This document shows positions 8,407-18,600 of a stretch of DNA of 64,000 nt, one piece after another (the stretch's first letter is position 1; each line of letters starts with the position of its first letter). Made by a program: the position numbers and the translations under genes. Origin of the DNA: a virus. The stretch is taken from IMG/VR virus record IMGVR_UViG_3300042827_000007, positions 4,848-68,847 of that record, one strand, 5' to 3'. Under the pieces are notes generated by a model that was not told the origin of the DNA, searched no databases, and worked only from the letters and a program-made list of their open reading frames with translations.

Positions 8407-9882
8407 ATGACCATGGCTGCAACCAGCCTCGAATCCCTCATCACTTCGATCGAGGTGGAGCGCGAGCACGCGAACCGCTCGAAGGAGCGCGCGACGCAGG
8501 CAATCGCGGGCATCCTCGCGTCCGCCCGTAAGGACGGCCGCTCCACCCTCAGCCCCGACGAGCAGACCGAGATCGACCGGGAGTTCCGCAACCACAAGAA
8601 CGCGGAGAACGACCTGACCGGTATCGAGGTCAAGCTCCGCAACGCCCGGAAGCTCCAGCAGATCGACATGGCGACCGACCTCCAGCTCCGCGACACGTCC
8701 GAGGTCGACGACGGCCCCACCGGCGGTCGCGGGGACATCGACGTCCAGAACAAGCGGCGCGGGCCGGCCTATGACGAGGTCGCCCGGATCGGCCAGGAGA
8801 AGCGGACCTACAACCCCGGCAACTGCCGGAAGGGTGCCGAGTTCCTCCAGGACGTGATCGCGTCGTACGCGCACCACGACGAGGAAGCCGGTTTCCGGCT
8901 CCGCGGTCACATGCGCGAAGAGCGGGTAGAGCGCGGGGCCTACCTGGAGAAGCGGGCGAACGTCGGTACGGGCAACTTCGCGGGCCTCGTGGTCCCGCAG
9001 TACCTCACCGACCTGTACGCGCCGGCCGTGGCTGCCCTGCGGCCGTTCGCCGACGTGTGCAACCAGCACGACCTCCCCGAGAACGGGATGACGGTCAACA
9101 TCTCCAGGATCACCACGACGACCAGCGTCGGTATCCAGACGGAAGGTAACGCGGCGCTGTCCACGGACATCGACGACACCCTCCTGACGGAGCAGGTCCA
9201 GACGGCGGCCGGCTACGCCGACCTCACCCGCCAGGCGATCGAGCGCGGAACGGGCGTCGAAGAGGTCACGATGGACGACCTCATGCGCCGGTACGCGACC
9301 AGCCTCGACGGGACCCTCCTGACGCAGGCGTCGACCGGCCTGACGAACGTCGCGGCGGCGACCACGTACGACGACACGTCCCCGACGGTCCCGGAGCTGT
9401 GGCCGAAGTTCCTCGGCGCGATGGCGAACGCGGAGGGCGCGCTCCTGGGCATGGCCTTCCCGGACTACGTGATCATGCACTCGCGGCGCTGGTACTGGCT
9501 CCAGAGCTACCTGTCGTCGACGTTCCCGTTCATCCAGCAGCCGAACATCGCGGGCAACGCGGGCGGCACCTCGAACGGCAGCGGCTACAACCAGGGCGTG
9601 CGCGGCGTGCTCCCGAACGGCCTCCGGGTCATCGTGGACAACAACATCGGAACCGGCGGCGGCGTCGGCACGAACCAGGATGAGATCTACGTGGTCGCGT
9701 CCTCGGAGTGCCACCTCTGGGAGGACCCGAACGCGCCGGTCTTCATCCGGGCGGAGCAGCCCCTCGCGCACCAGCTCGCCGTGCGGCTGGTCCTGTACGG
9801 GTACTTCGCGTACAGCTTCCGGCGCTACACGAACGGCCAGCAGAAGATCGCGGGCACCGGCCTGGTCACCCCGGCGTTCTGA
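8407..9882 (+). CDS. Major capsid protein (HK97 fold) with N-terminal coiled-coil delta-like domain
   Basis: 491 aa; GLVVPQYLTD, AGYADLTRQAIE, YVIMHSRRW motifs; position after protease. Confidence 0.95.
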   Translation: MTMAATSLESLITSIEVEREHANRSKERATQAIAGILASARKDGRSTLSPDEQTEIDREFRNHKNAENDLTGIEVKLRNARKLQQIDMATDLQLRDTSEVDDGPTGGRGDIDVQNKRRGPAYDEVARIGQEKRTYNPGNCRKGAEFLQDVIASYAHHDEEAGFRLRGHMREERVERGAYLEKRANVGTGNFAGLVVPQYLTDLYAPAVAALRPFADVCNQHDLPENGMTVNISRITTTTSVGIQTEGNAALSTDIDDTLLTEQVQTAAGYADLTRQAIERGTGVEEVTMDDLMRRYATSLDGTLLTQASTGLTNVAAATTYDDTSPTVPELWPKFLGAMANAEGALLGMAFPDYVIMHSRRWYWLQSYLSSTFPFIQQPNIAGNAGGTSNGSGYNQGVRGVLPNGLRVIVDNNIGTGGGVGTNQDEIYVVASSECHLWEDPNAPVFIRAEQPLAHQLAVRLVLYGYFAYSFRRYTNGQQKIAGTGLVTPAF

Positions 9883-9885
9883 GTC

Positions 9886-10425
9886 ATGAGGCTGATCCGG
9901 ACGTTCCCGGCGACGATCCCCTTCGGGCGGTCGTACGTCGTCGACGACATGGAACGGGTGGTCAATTCCGGCTACTCGTACCGGGGCCTCGCGGCCCTCG
10001 GCGATGACGTCGTCCATCTGGACTGGGATCAAGCCGTGGACCGGGCGGACCTCGTCCGGTTCGTCGACCGGGCGAAGGCTGACCCGGACCGGGCGCGCGT
10101 GGTTCCCGTCCTCGTGGACCTCGCCGCCCGGCCCGGACTGGCCGCCCCGGTCTGGAACTGCCGGGTCTACGTCGGCGACCGGCTCCGCTACGTGGAGCCC
10201 GGCGACGGCACCGCGGACCTGTTCGGGTTCGGCATGGTCTACCTACCGGGGAAGGCCCTCGCGGCGTTCGAGGACCAGTGGCGGGCGGAGCTGGACGACG
10301 GATCGGTCCGGTTCGACGACACCGGGTTCTCCGGCTGGTACTCGAAGGAGTACGGGCCGGCCGTCATCGACTGGGACCTCCACGCCGTGCACCTCCACTA
10401 CTCCGTGGCGGGGGTGCCGCTGTGA
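9886..10425 (+). CDS. GT-A fold glycosyltransferase-like protein
   Basis: VVHLDWD (DxD), GFGMVYL, FDDTGFS and terminal His pattern resemble short phage GT2-like enzymes. Confidence 0.55.
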   Translation: MRLIRTFPATIPFGRSYVVDDMERVVNSGYSYRGLAALGDDVVHLDWDQAVDRADLVRFVDRAKADPDRARVVPVLVDLAARPGLAAPVWNCRVYVGDRLRYVEPGDGTADLFGFGMVYLPGKALAAFEDQWRAELDDGSVRFDDTGFSGWYSKEYGPAVIDWDLHAVHLHYSVAGVPL

Positions 10426-11057
10426 CCCCGTGGACCGACGAACAGCACACCCTCCACGCGAGGGCGTGGCACGCGGCGCACGACGCGACGCAGCACCACC
10501 ACGCGAGCCAACGCTTCGACGAACTCGTGGGAATGCTGGACGTCGTCGGGGCCATGGTCCCGGAGCCGCGGGTCGTCGTGGAGATCGGCTGTGACGCGGG
10601 AGGCACCCTCTACGCGTGGCGGGCGATGTTCCCGGAGGCCGCCGTGTTCGGGGTGACCCTCGGGGACAACGGGCCGCACACGGGCGGGCAGGGCTACCCC
10701 CTGGTCGACCACGGCGCGACCGTCCTCGTCGGGGACTCCAGGGACCGGGCGACGCTCCAGCGGCTCAAGGACCAGTTAGGGCGGCGGCCGGTCGACGTGC
10801 TGTTCATCGACGGCGACCACACCGCCGAGGGCGTCGCCTCCGACTGGCAGATGTACGCCCCGCTCGTACGCCAGGGCGGGGTGACGATCTTCCACGACGT
10901 GGCGAACGACTCCCCCATGACCGCGGGCTCCGTGGCCGTGTGGGAGCAGATGAAGGCCGAGGCCGAGCGCTTCGGGGAACCAGTGATCGAGGTCGTGTCG
11001 AAGACTCACCGGCCGGTGGGCTTCGGGATTGTTCGGATGGCAGGAGAGCAGGCATGA
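10422..11057 (+). CDS. Class I SAM-dependent methyltransferase (Methyltransf_24-like)
   Basis: VVVEIGCDAGGT motif I; VDVLFIDGDHT..GGVTIFHD; in-frame TTA at 10776. Confidence 0.85.
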   Translation: MTPWTDEQHTLHARAWHAAHDATQHHHASQRFDELVGMLDVVGAMVPEPRVVVEIGCDAGGTLYAWRAMFPEAAVFGVTLGDNGPHTGGQGYPLVDHGATVLVGDSRDRATLQRLKDQLGRRPVDVLFIDGDHTAEGVASDWQMYAPLVRQGGVTIFHDVANDSPMTAGSVAVWEQMKAEAERFGEPVIEVVSKTHRPVGFGIVRMAGEQA

Positions 11058-11698
11058 CGCAGGACGGAGCCGACAAGGCTCACGCGAAGAAGGTCGACGA
11101 GACCGCCGACGGGGAACGCCTCGTCGAGCACTCGACGTTCACCGAGGGCGACCGGGACCTCCGGGAGGTCCAGGACGCGCTCGAAGTCGAGCGGGTCGCG
11201 GCGTACAAGGAATCCGGCTACGTGGCCGCTCCGGGCGTCGGCGACTACCACGCCACCCGCAGGGAGGCGAAGCACGCGAACGCGGCCTTCGTGACCCTCG
11301 GCGGCGGCACGGCGGACGACCCCTCGGCCGCTGTGGTCGACGGAGTCAGGGAGGCGGCGAAGGTGGTTCACCAGGACGCAGCGGCGGCGCGGCGCGCGGC
11401 CGGCGGCGGGCGCGGCACGGGACCGGCGAACCGCCAGTCACGGGCCGAGGTCATGCAGGGCGGCACGGGCGGAATCGTCCAGGGCACCGGCGAGGGCGTC
11501 GGCAAGTCGGCCAGCGGCACGACCACCGACACGACCGATCGGGGCATGGACGCGACGGTCGGCTCCGCGCCGGCCAACCCCGACCCGGGCACGGAGAACA
11601 CCCCGCAGGAGCGGCCGTCGAGCCAGGCGGCCAGCAAGAGCCAGGGCTCCAGCGGCTCGACGAAGCCGGCGAAGGCCACCGGGACGCGGGCTAGCTGA
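11054..11698 (+). CDS. Low-complexity virion-associated hypothetical protein
   Basis: 214 aa, Gly/Ala/Ser/Thr-rich C-terminus; ATGA coupling; RBS GGAGAG. Confidence 0.65.
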   Translation: MTQDGADKAHAKKVDETADGERLVEHSTFTEGDRDLREVQDALEVERVAAYKESGYVAAPGVGDYHATRREAKHANAAFVTLGGGTADDPSAAVVDGVREAAKVVHQDAAAARRAAGGGRGTGPANRQSRAEVMQGGTGGIVQGTGEGVGKSASGTTTDTTDRGMDATVGSAPANPDPGTENTPQERPSSQAASKSQGSSGSTKPAKATGTRAS

Positions 11699-11700
11699 CC

Positions 11701-12561
11701 GTGGCCGTGTACCGGGTGCTCCGCACCGCTAAGGCGACCCTGACGCGGACGTTCTACCTCGACGAGGTAGCGACGGACGCGTCAGGGACCGTCGGTGTGG
11801 CCGTCACCCGGGAGGACGGCACGGTCGTCCAGTCCGCGACGATCCTCGCCCCGGACGCGAACCACGGGTACAGCTTCACGTTCCAGGGCTCGGACGACCT
11901 GGACCGGCTGAACCTGACGTGGGTCGCGACGGTCGGCGGCGACGCGATCGTCCTCGACCAGGACGTGATCGAGGTCGTGGGCGGGTTCTTCCTCGGCCTC
12001 GGGGACATCCGGAACAACATCGACCCCGTGTTCAAGGACCAGAACCGTTACCCCACAACGGATCTGATCGAGCGGCGGATCGAGGTCGAGAACGAGTTCG
12101 AGCGGATCTGCGAGCAGGCGTTCGTCCCGCGGTTCGAGCGGGAGATCCTGTCCGGCCCGCGGTCCGGCCCGGTGCGGCTCAAGTGGCCTCGGCTCCGCCG
12201 GGTCCGGGCGATCAGTGTCGGCGGGGTGGCGTACCTCCCCGGCGCGCTGACCGCGTACGGGGCGGACCCGCTCGGCCTGCTCCGGCACCCGTCGGGGTGG
12301 CCGGCCGGCACGGGGAACGTGATCGTCGAGTACGAGCACGGCCTGGACCGCCCCCCGACGGACATCGTCCGGGCGTTCAAGCTCCGGATGAAGTCGTTCC
12401 TCCTGACGTCGAAGTCGCCCCTCCCGGACCGGGCGGAGCGGATCGCGACGACGGAGATCGGCCTCGTTCAGCTCGCGATTGCCGGCCGGGACCAGACCGG
12501 CATCCCGGAGGTCGACGCGGCCCTGTCGCGGTGGCTCACCCCTCGACCGAGCTTCGGGTGA
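11701..12561 (+). CDS. Head-to-tail adaptor
   Basis: ENEFERICEQAFVPR, VIVEYEHGLDRPPTDI, TGIPEVDAAL typical of actinophage adaptors; synteny. Confidence 0.7.
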   Translation: MAVYRVLRTAKATLTRTFYLDEVATDASGTVGVAVTREDGTVVQSATILAPDANHGYSFTFQGSDDLDRLNLTWVATVGGDAIVLDQDVIEVVGGFFLGLGDIRNNIDPVFKDQNRYPTTDLIERRIEVENEFERICEQAFVPRFEREILSGPRSGPVRLKWPRLRRVRAISVGGVAYLPGALTAYGADPLGLLRHPSGWPAGTGNVIVEYEHGLDRPPTDIVRAFKLRMKSFLLTSKSPLPDRAERIATTEIGLVQLAIAGRDQTGIPEVDAALSRWLTPRPSFG

Positions 12562-12565
12562 TCAC

Positions 12566-13078
12566 ATGACCGTCATCATGGCGTGGCCGCTCAAGCGGTC
12601 AGCGTTCGCCCGGATGCAGAAGATCGCGGCCGGGACCGTCCCCGCCCCCGGCGGGGCGGAGTTGCTGGTCTCGACCACCGACCGGCCCGTCCAGGTGGAG
12701 CTGTACCTCCCCGCGGAGCCTGACCGGATCTGCGTGTTCGGGACGCCACTGTCGGCCAGCCGGCGGGAGTTCACCGGGGAGACCGCGCGGGGTGCGTGGG
12801 CGAACAACATGATCGCGGTCGGCCAGGTCGAGACCGTCCGGCTGGAGGTCCGGGTCCGGGTGTACGAGCCCGGCGAGGACTTCGAGTCGGTGGACAAGAC
12901 CCTCGGCGACATGTGCTCCGCGGTCGCGACGGCGGTCCTGACGGCCCCGCTGTTCGAGCAGGGCCGGATCTACCTGTCCGGGGTGTCGCAGGACCCGACG
13001 GCCCTCGCACCGTCCCCGGAGCCGTCCGTGACGGGGAACGCGTCCCTCGTCTTCACAGCGGAGGTGATCACGTGGTGA
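12566..13078 (+). CDS. Tail completion/terminator protein (putative)
   Basis: Size and synteny only. Confidence 0.5.
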   Translation: MTVIMAWPLKRSAFARMQKIAAGTVPAPGGAELLVSTTDRPVQVELYLPAEPDRICVFGTPLSASRREFTGETARGAWANNMIAVGQVETVRLEVRVRVYEPGEDFESVDKTLGDMCSAVATAVLTAPLFEQGRIYLSGVSQDPTALAPSPEPSVTGNASLVFTAEVITW

Positions 13079-13371
13079 ACCGGGTCAGCGTCGAGGTCGA
13101 CGTTCATCACGGCGCGCTCGCTGAGATGGCGCGGGCGCACGACACGCGGGAGTTGGTCCTCCGGGTCGCCGAGGACATCGCCGAGGGGATGCGCGCGGGG
13201 GCCCCGGTACGCACGGGGGCCGGCCGGGCGTCGATCAGGGCGCACGCCGAGATGGGCTCGGATGGTTGGTACGCAACGGCGAGTTGGGACGAACGCCATT
13301 ACTACATGGGCATTCAGAACACCCGCCGTCACTTCGCGGAACCCGCACTCTCGCGGGTCCGCTACGTCTAA
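13072..13371 (+). CDS. HK97 gp10-like neck protein
   Basis: APVRTGAGRASI resembles the APVdTG.Lr.SI motif. Confidence 0.65.
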   Translation: MVNRVSVEVDVHHGALAEMARAHDTRELVLRVAEDIAEGMRAGAPVRTGAGRASIRAHAEMGSDGWYATASWDERHYYMGIQNTRRHFAEPALSRVRYV

Positions 13372-13388
13372 ACAGGAGGGATCGAGCG

Positions 13389-14060
13389 GTGGCACAAACA
13401 GACGCCGATCGAGAACTGATCGAGCTACAGCGCTCGCTCAGCGCAAGCGGCGCGGGCATCGCTGGTCTCCCGAGTGGGGCAGCGGTGGCGGCGGACCCGG
13501 AAGTCGTCCGGACGTGGGAGCTTCGCCGTGCGGCGCAAGCCGAGGCGTACGGCCAGTACGTGGCGGACGGGGACATCTACATCGGGAACGCGCTGACGTT
13601 CACGAACGGCCAGGCGGTCCCCCTGGAGCACGTGATCCGGTTCGAGCTGGAGGAACGCGGCCAGGTGAACCGGGTCGCTACCCCGGAGATGGCGAGGCTC
13701 GGACGCCGGTTCGAGACGAACGAAGAGTTCCTGACGGCGAACCCGAACCTCCGGCGGCGGCTCCAGTCCGGCCGGCCGGCGGGCGAGTTGCACCCGTCAG
13801 CGCTCGACCCCCGCGGGGGTGCGGCGGCCATCGACGACGCCCGCAAGGCCGGTAAGGACGTGGCCGCCCCGACGTACCCGGGTGACACGTCCGAGGACCG
13901 TCAGGAGGCCGTCCAGGTCGCCGCGGAGAAACTGCCGGACGGGTCGTCGACGACGGACCAGTCCAGCCCGAAGGACAGCGACGAGAGCGACGCGGACAAG
14001 GGCTCCGGCTCGAAGTCGCGGCGCGGCGGCCGGGCCTCCGGCAGCACGAAGGAGGACTGA
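13389..14060 (+). CDS. Hypothetical protein in tail module
   Basis: AGGAGG RBS before GTG 13389; acidic/Ser-rich tail. Confidence 0.65.
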   Translation: MAQTDADRELIELQRSLSASGAGIAGLPSGAAVAADPEVVRTWELRRAAQAEAYGQYVADGDIYIGNALTFTNGQAVPLEHVIRFELEERGQVNRVATPEMARLGRRFETNEEFLTANPNLRRRLQSGRPAGELHPSALDPRGGAAAIDDARKAGKDVAAPTYPGDTSEDRQEAVQVAAEKLPDGSSTTDQSSPKDSDESDADKGSGSKSRRGGRASGSTKED

Positions 14061-14063
14061 CCC

Positions 14064-14654
14064 ATGCCTACGGTGGCAACCCCGTATCTGATGCTCGACC
14101 CCGGGTTCCTGTGGCACGCCCCGGCGAACACGCTGTTCCCGGCCTCCGGCGGTACCGCCGCCGGGTCGATCTTCACCGACGCCCCGTCCGTGACGTGGTA
14201 CGAGATCGGCGCGACCGAGGCCGGCTACACGTTCAGCTACAGCCAGTCGATCGAGGCGATCAACGTCGCCGAGTTCGCCGACCCGGTGAAGTGGCGGACC
14301 ACGCAGCGTCAGGGCTCCATGGCGTTCAACATGGCCGACTTCACGCTGAAGAACCTCCAGCGGGCCATGAACGGCGGCACGCTGTCCACGGTCTCCGGCT
14401 CCGGTGCCACCCTGATCTCGAAGTGGACGCCCCCGGCGATCGGCTCCGAGAACCGGTCCGCGTTGCTGTGGCAGTCCCTCGACGGGACGCTCCGGATCTA
14501 CATGTACCAGACGGTCCAGGTGAACGAGATCGAGACGGCGTTCAAGAAGGCCCCGGACTACTCCGTCCTTCCGTGTGAGTTCCGATTCGAGATCGACGCG
14601 TCCGGCAACATCTTCGAGGTCTACTCGGCCGGCCCGACCCGGCTCGGGGCCTGA
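14064..14654 (+). CDS. Major tail (tube) protein
   Basis: WYEIGATEAGYTFSYS, FNMADFTLKNL, LPCEFRFE; position before chaperone and tape measure. Confidence 0.85.
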   Translation: MPTVATPYLMLDPGFLWHAPANTLFPASGGTAAGSIFTDAPSVTWYEIGATEAGYTFSYSQSIEAINVAEFADPVKWRTTQRQGSMAFNMADFTLKNLQRAMNGGTLSTVSGSGATLISKWTPPAIGSENRSALLWQSLDGTLRIYMYQTVQVNEIETAFKKAPDYSVLPCEFRFEIDASGNIFEVYSAGPTRLGA

Positions 14655-14680
14655 CCTACAGCACCGAAGGGGGCTACAGC

Positions 14681-15400
14681 ATGAGCAGGAGCAGGAAGCG
14701 GGGCGGTCGTGGCGGCGGCCGTCCCGGCGTCCAGATGGAACGGCCGAGCGACCGGGAGATGCCGCGGATCGTGCGCGGCGGCCAGGAGATCGACCTCGGG
14801 GACATCGACAGTCAGGTCCCCGACCGGCAGCCGGTCACGGCCGTGTTCCGCCTCGGCGGGGAACGGTTCCGGGTGAACCCCGACCTGTCCGAGGTCGACG
14901 CGATCGACTTCATGGACGAGGCCGAGCACGTCGACCCGCAGAACCCGGCGGCGATCACCCTCGTGAAGCGGTGGGCGAAGTCGACCGTCCACCCGGGGGA
15001 CTTCGACGCGTTCTGGAAGAAGGTCAGGGCGAAGGGCCTCGACTCGACCGGGATCATGTCCCTGATGTGGATCATCCTGGACGGGATCACCGACCTCCCT
15101 ACTGGGCCGCCCTCAAGCTCCTTCGATGGGCGGCAGAACACCAGCACGAACTCTCCGGCTGGCTCATCCGCGCCGGTCGCCGACCCGTCCACTCCGGACG
15201 TATACAGCCCGACGGACCTCTACGGGCCGGCGGCGGCGACACCGGTCGCGGACGGGGCAGAGGCGTTCCTCCGGCTGATCGACAAGTACCAGGCGCGGGG
15301 GGACGGCTACGGGGTCGTCATGGCGGCTCAGATCGCAACGATGGCCGAGGCCCGGGGGATCGACGTCTCACGCGGTCAGTCGGCCTCGCGTACGGCCTGA
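14681..15400 (+). CDS. Tail assembly chaperone (G-type, frame 0)
   Basis: Between tail tube and tape measure; ends in LPTGPPSSS-type segment followed by an unusual extension. Confidence 0.75.
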   Translation: MSRSRKRGGRGGGRPGVQMERPSDREMPRIVRGGQEIDLGDIDSQVPDRQPVTAVFRLGGERFRVNPDLSEVDAIDFMDEAEHVDPQNPAAITLVKRWAKSTVHPGDFDAFWKKVRAKGLDSTGIMSLMWIILDGITDLPTGPPSSSFDGRQNTSTNSPAGSSAPVADPSTPDVYSPTDLYGPAAATPVADGAEAFLRLIDKYQARGDGYGVVMAAQIATMAEARGIDVSRGQSASRTA

Positions 15401-15627
15401 CCCTGCGGGAGGTGTGCGACCTGGCGTACGTCGTCCAGGTCGAACAGATCGAAAGGCGGGCCCTGGCAGAGATGCAGCTCGCGCCGCACGTCGAGGACAG
15501 CTCGAAGATCGCAACCCCGGAGGTCGCGGTCGCCGAGTTCGACGCGTGGCTCATGGCACCACCGAACCACCTCAGCCGGCCGACGGCTGAGTCCGAGATC
15601 ATGGACCTGTTCCAGGGGGTGCGCTGA
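15097..15627 (+). CDS. Tail assembly chaperone -1 frameshift extension (GT-type)
   Basis: -1 frame reads PYWAALKLLRWAAEHQHELSGWLIRAG...LTLREVCDLAYVV...EFDAWL and stops just before the tape measure; no own start; CCCTAC at 15097-15102 is the inferred shift site. Confidence 0.6.
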   Translation, partial: PYWAALKLLRWAAEHQHELSGWLIRAGRRPVHSGRIQPDGPLRAGGGDTGRGRGRGVPPADRQVPGAGGRLRGRHGGSDRNDGRGPGDRRLTRSVGLAYGLTLREVCDLAYVVQVEQIERRALAEMQLAPHVEDSSKIATPEVAVAEFDAWLMAPPNHLSRPTAESEIMDLFQGVR

Positions 15628-15629
15628 GC

Positions 15630-18600
15630 ATGGCCGTGCAAACCCTGGCGGACGCTGCGATCGTTGTCCGCGCCGACTTCTCCCGCACCGGGGGTGAGGT
15701 GGAAGTCGGCGCGCGGCGCGTCGGTCGCAAGGCCGGTGACGCGGCGTCGAAGGGGTTCGTCGAACGGCTCAAGTCCGGGTTCGGCAAGGGCGGTAGCTCC
15801 GCGGCTGACTCGTTCGCGAAGGGCTTCGGGGACAACTCGGGGGCCTTCGGCCGGGTCATCGCGACGATGGCCGCGAAGGTCACGATCGCGGGTGCCGCTG
15901 TGGCCGCCGCCGCCCCCGGCGTCACCCAACTGACCGCCGCCCTGATCCCCGCGGCGGGCGCGGCCGTGGCCCTGCCGGCGGCTCTCCTGGCGGGCCGGGC
16001 CGCCGCCCTCACGTTCAAGGTCGCCGTGTCCGGGGTCGGCGACGCGATTCAGAAGGGCTTCACCGGCTCCGCGAAGGAAGCTCAGAAGGCCCTCGACCAG
16101 CTCCCGCCGTCGGCGCGCCGGTTCGCGTCCGCGATCATCGCCACCCGCAAGCCGATCGAGCAACTGAAAGCGTCGGTCGCGGGCCGGTTCTTCGGGCCCC
16201 TCCAGAACGAGGTGAAGCCCCTCGCGGACCTCTACATCCCGAACCTCCAGCGGAAGATGTCCGCCCTCGCCGGTGGCCTCGGCAACCTCGGGGAGCAGGT
16301 CGCACAGTCGGCCCGGAAGACCGCCGTGTTCAAGGCCGTGAACGCGGTCTTCGACTCCGCGACGGCGTCCGCGGGGCGGCTCCGCGCCGGCATCGACCCC
16401 CTGATGCGAGGGCTCGCGGCCGGCCTGCGGGCGACGGCCCCGCTCCTGCCGGGCCTGGCGTCCGGGCTGGCCCGGGTCGCGACGAACGTCGGGAACTACG
16501 TGCGCCAGGCGGCGGACTCCGGCCGCATCGTCCAGGTCTACCGGAACGCGGTCGGCGTGCTGCGCACCCTCGGCCAGATCGCGGGGAACGTCGGCTCGAT
16601 CCTGTCCACCGTGTGGAAGGCATCCGACCAGGCCGGCGGGAACCTGTTGACCCGCATCCGGGACCTGACCGGGCAGGCCCGCCGGTTCGTCGAGTCCGGC
16701 CAGGGCATGACGGCGATCACGGCCACGTTCAAGACGATGTCCTCGCTCGGGGACTCCCTCCGGACCGGGCTCGGCGCGGCACTGCCGGCCATCGCTCAGT
16801 CCGTGACGATCGCAGCCCCGGCGCTGTCCCGGTTCGCCGCCGCCGCCGCGGGCCTGGTCGTCCAGCTCGCCCCGTTGCTCCCGCACGTGACGCAACTCGC
16901 CGTGCAGATCCTCACCGCGCTACTGCCCGCGATCATCTCCCTGACCGGCTGGATGCAACGCAACCAGTCCACAGTGCAGAAACTCGCCCCGATCATCCTC
17001 GGGGCCACAGCGGCGATCTACGCGCACCGCGCGGCGATCCTCGTCGTGTCCGCAGCGACACGGGCATGGTCGATCGTGATGGGCGCGGCGAAGGTCGCAC
17101 AGGCCGGCTGGACGGCGATCTCGTGGCTCGCGTCCGCGCCCGTCGCGGCGCACACAGCGGCGATGCGGCTGTCCACCTCCACGATCGGGACGTGGGTCGG
17201 GGTGAAGGGGATCGAGGCCCGCGCGTGGCTCTCGTCGACCGCCTCGACCGTCCGGGACACGGCGGCGAAGGTCGGGAACCGCATCGCGACGGCGGCGACC
17301 ACCGTCGCCACCCTGGCCTCGGCGGCGGCGGCGAAGGCGTCGGCCATCGCGACGGCCACATGGTCCGCTGTGACGACCGGGGCGACGGCCGTCATGAAGG
17401 GTGTCCGTATCGCCGTCCTGGCCCTGAACGCGGCCATGCGGGCGAACCCGATCGGCGTGGTCATCACCGTGATCACGCTCCTGGTCGCCGCCCTCGTGGT
17501 GCTCTACAAGCGGAACGAGACCGTCCGCCGCATCGTCGACGCGTGCTGGAAGGGGATCAAGACCGCGATCTCCGCCGTCGGAGCCTGGTTCTCCGGGACC
17601 CTGATGCCGTCGATCAAGCGCGCGATCGACCAGGGCGCGACGGCGTTCCGCTTCATCCAGAAGGTCGCCTCGACGGTCTGGGGCGGCATCCGCGCGTACA
17701 TCGGCGCTCAGATCGGCCTCGTGATCAAGGTCTTCACGACCTTGAAGAGCTTCGTGACCGTGACCCTGCCGAACGCCTTCCGCTCAGGCGTCGGCGCGAT
17801 CCAGAAGTTCTGGGCCGGGCTCCAGGAGGCCGCCCGGAAGCCCGTCGCGTTCGTGGTCAACACCGTGATTAACCCCTTCCTCGCTGGCTTCCAGAAGATC
17901 GCGGGCGTGTTCGGCGTCAAGACCCCCGCCCCGATCCGCGGGTTCGCCACCGGCGGCCGGCTCGACGCCGAGGGCGGGCAGATCCCCGGCACACCGTCCA
18001 GCAAGGACAACCGCCTCGGCTGGCTCAAGGACAAGGCCGGCCGGACGATCGGCAACATCGCCGTAGCGACCGGCGAGTTCATCGTGAACGCCCGCGACAC
18101 GGCAAAAGCGTTGCCGCTACTGCGATGGATCAACGACGGCATGAAGGGCGGACCCGCGGACGTGGCCCGCCGGATCGGCCGGCGGCCGACGGACCGGATG
18201 GGCGACGGCTCCGAGGGATGGGCGTTCGCCGGTGGCGGCCTCGTCGGGTTTTTCAAGGACGTGTGGGGGGCGATCTCCGACCCGGTGAAGTTGGTCAAGC
18301 GGCCGTTTGAGGCGGCGCTCGGCCGCATCCCCGGCGGCGGCATGATCCGGGATCTGTTGCTGGGCATGGGCCGGAAGCTGATCGGCGGGGTCGTCGACTT
18401 CATCTCCGGCGGCGGCGGGTCCGTGGCCGGCGGCAACATCGGCAAGGCTCAGGCGTTCGTCCGCGCTCAGGCCGGCAAGCCCTACGTCTGGGCGTCGGCC
18501 GGGCCGGGCGGCTACGACTGCTCCGGCATCGTCTCCGCCGTCTACAACGTCCTCAAGGGCAAGAACCCGTACAGCCACACGTTCTCGACGGGCTCACTCC

